DNA from: Dickeya solani IPO 2222
GTDB taxonomy: Bacteria > Pseudomonadota > Gammaproteobacteria > Enterobacterales > Enterobacteriaceae
Assembly: GCF_001644705.1 (NCBI RefSeq)
Contig: NZ_CP015137.1
Coordinates: 2,580,001-2,612,000 of the forward strand
DNA length: 32,000 bases
Direction of reading: 5' to 3'
In this document: piece by piece, positions 30,931-32,000 of the stretch
How positions within the stretch are numbered: the first letter of the stretch is position 1
How the letters are laid out: every line of letters starts with the position of its first letter
Notes under the pieces: model-generated
The model's input: only the letters and a program-made list of their open reading frames with translations
The model's database searches: none
Told to the model about the DNA's origin: nothing
Position numbers and translations under genes: made by a program

Positions 30931-32000
30931 ATGAAAATATTGGTAATAAGTGATTTGCATGTTGGAAAAACTGCCCGCGCTAAAGATTTCTGCACTCTGA
31001 GCAGTGACGCTACGTCTGCGATTACAGAGAATTTTATTGAAGATTTCAGAGAATTGGTTCAGTCAGAAAATCTCAGCGCAACACATTTATTAATCGCCGG
31101 TGATATGACGAATAGTGGGGAAATACCTGAATTTGAAATGGCAGCTGAGAGGATACAAGACATAATAAATATTTTGAGTATTGATCTCAAGAACGTTTAT
31201 TTTGTTCCTGGCAATCATGATGGAAATTGGGGGCATGAGAAAGAATCCTCAAAAAGAGGAGATAAGATAGAAAAAACTAGAGAAGCAAAATATCTTAATA
31301 TAAAAAGCAATGATTTTTTTTCGAGTGTTTTAAATAACACAAGTTTTTCTTCATATTATAAGGACCCATTCTCAGCTATTTGGGAAAGTGATAACATTAT
31401 TGTCGTTGGTGTAAACTCTTCAGCATATGATAGCTGTGATAAAGAGGTTAAGTTTGGAGAAGTCGATTTAAAATGCCTTGATGCATTACAGAAGAAGCTT
31501 CTCGAAATGAAAAAAAAGAAAGATAGACGCCTTAAAATTCTACTAACACATCATCATCCAAAAATTTATACGGATAGAACTTTTGCTGATGCAGATTTAA
31601 GTCAAATGAAGAATGCAGAGGACTTCTTACATTTTGCCAGTAAGAATGAGTTTGACTTTATCGTACATGGTCACAAACACATTCCTCGCTTTAACTTTCA
31701 AGTTGATTCAGATGGTTATGCGGTAAATATTCTTAGTGCAGGAAGTTTTAGTGCCCAATTAAAAGATTGGCATAATGGAGTTGCTAATTTTATTCATTTA
31801 ATTGAACATCATGACTTTTGTCCGGAAAATAATTATTCAAGAGGTAGGGTAATATCATGGTCATATTTTACAAATCATAAATGGAAACATTCTCAATATG
31901 ATAGAGATATGATTAACCATGAGGAGTATTTTGGAAGTGTGCTATCTAAAAATAAACTTAAAGCTATCTTGAAAAGAGAAATTTCCGAGTGGAAGGCTAC
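30931..32000 (+). CDS. Calcineurin-like metallophosphoesterase with an additional C-terminal region; 3' end outside the window (not in the supplied ORF track)
   Basis: I translated this by hand from ATG 30931. There is no stop through base 32000 (356 codons). The full MPE motif set is in order: ISDLHVG, AGDMTNSG, PGNHD, LLTHHHP and VHGHKHIP. It is very AT-rich and is the first cargo gene after the integrase. Confidence 0.75.
   Translation, partial: MKILVISDLHVGKTARAKDFCTLSSDATSAITENFIEDFRELVQSENLSATHLLIAGDMTNSGEIPEFEMAAERIQDIINILSIDLKNVYFVPGNHDGNWGHEKESSKRGDKIEKTREAKYLNIKSNDFFSSVLNNTSFSSYYKDPFSAIWESDNIIVVGVNSSAYDSCDKEVKFGEVDLKCLDALQKKLLEMKKKKDRRLKILLTHHHPKIYTDRTFADADLSQMKNAEDFLHFASKNEFDFIVHGHKHIPRFNFQVDSDGYAVNILSAGSFSAQLKDWHNGVANFIHLIEHHDFCPENNYSRGRVISWSYFTNHKWKHSQYDRDMINHEEYFGSVLSKNKLKAILKREISEWKA

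Larger units (their letters stand above)
29364..32000. mobile_element. Left end of a leuX-integrated genomic island (P4-type integrase plus AT-rich cargo); the right end lies outside the window
   Basis: A tyrosine integrase gene begins 220 nt after the tRNA 3' end, in the classic tRNA-int orientation. G+C drops abruptly after the integrase gene (12 of 60 at 31261-31320). The cargo ORF continues past base 32000. Confidence 0.75.

Overview
The window is a GC-rich Enterobacterales chromosomal segment. From composition and gene content it is probably Pectobacteriaceae (Dickeya-like), but that is an inference. The backbone follows the order I recall for E. coli K-12: pyrL-pyrB-pyrI-ridA, tabA/yjgK, argI, rraB, yjgM, valS-holC-pepA, lptF-lptG, leuX. 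Several accessory blocks interrupt this backbone. (1) Bases 2320-4000 hold an AT-rich islet with an orphan hcp, a 199-aa lysozyme-fold candidate effector and a translationally coupled periplasmic DUF1311-like candidate immunity gene. (2) Bases 4097-8041 hold the four-gene operon cpATP-grasp / alpha-E / transglutaminase / Anbu proteasome-type peptidase. Its cellular function is unknown, and here it is preceded by a sigma54-type promoter and an NtrC-like dyad. (3) Bases 11629-14559 hold an asc-like PTS EIIBC plus phospho-beta-glucosidase pair with two LacI-type operators but no regulator gene in the window. (4) Bases 17163-21415 hold an XRE-cupin regulator, a GNAT, a secreted alpha/beta hydrolase and an MCP. 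(5) From 29364 to the window end there is a leuX-integrated island with a P4-type integrase. It is followed by very AT-rich cargo whose first gene, a metallophosphoesterase open to the window end, is missing from the supplied ORF track. The best candidates for something new are the truncated leuX island cargo, the Hcp/muramidase/DUF1311 triad and the nitrogen-regulated Anbu operon. I saw no CRISPR array, rRNA or transposase. All homology statements come from reading motifs by eye and from remembered family features; no search was run.
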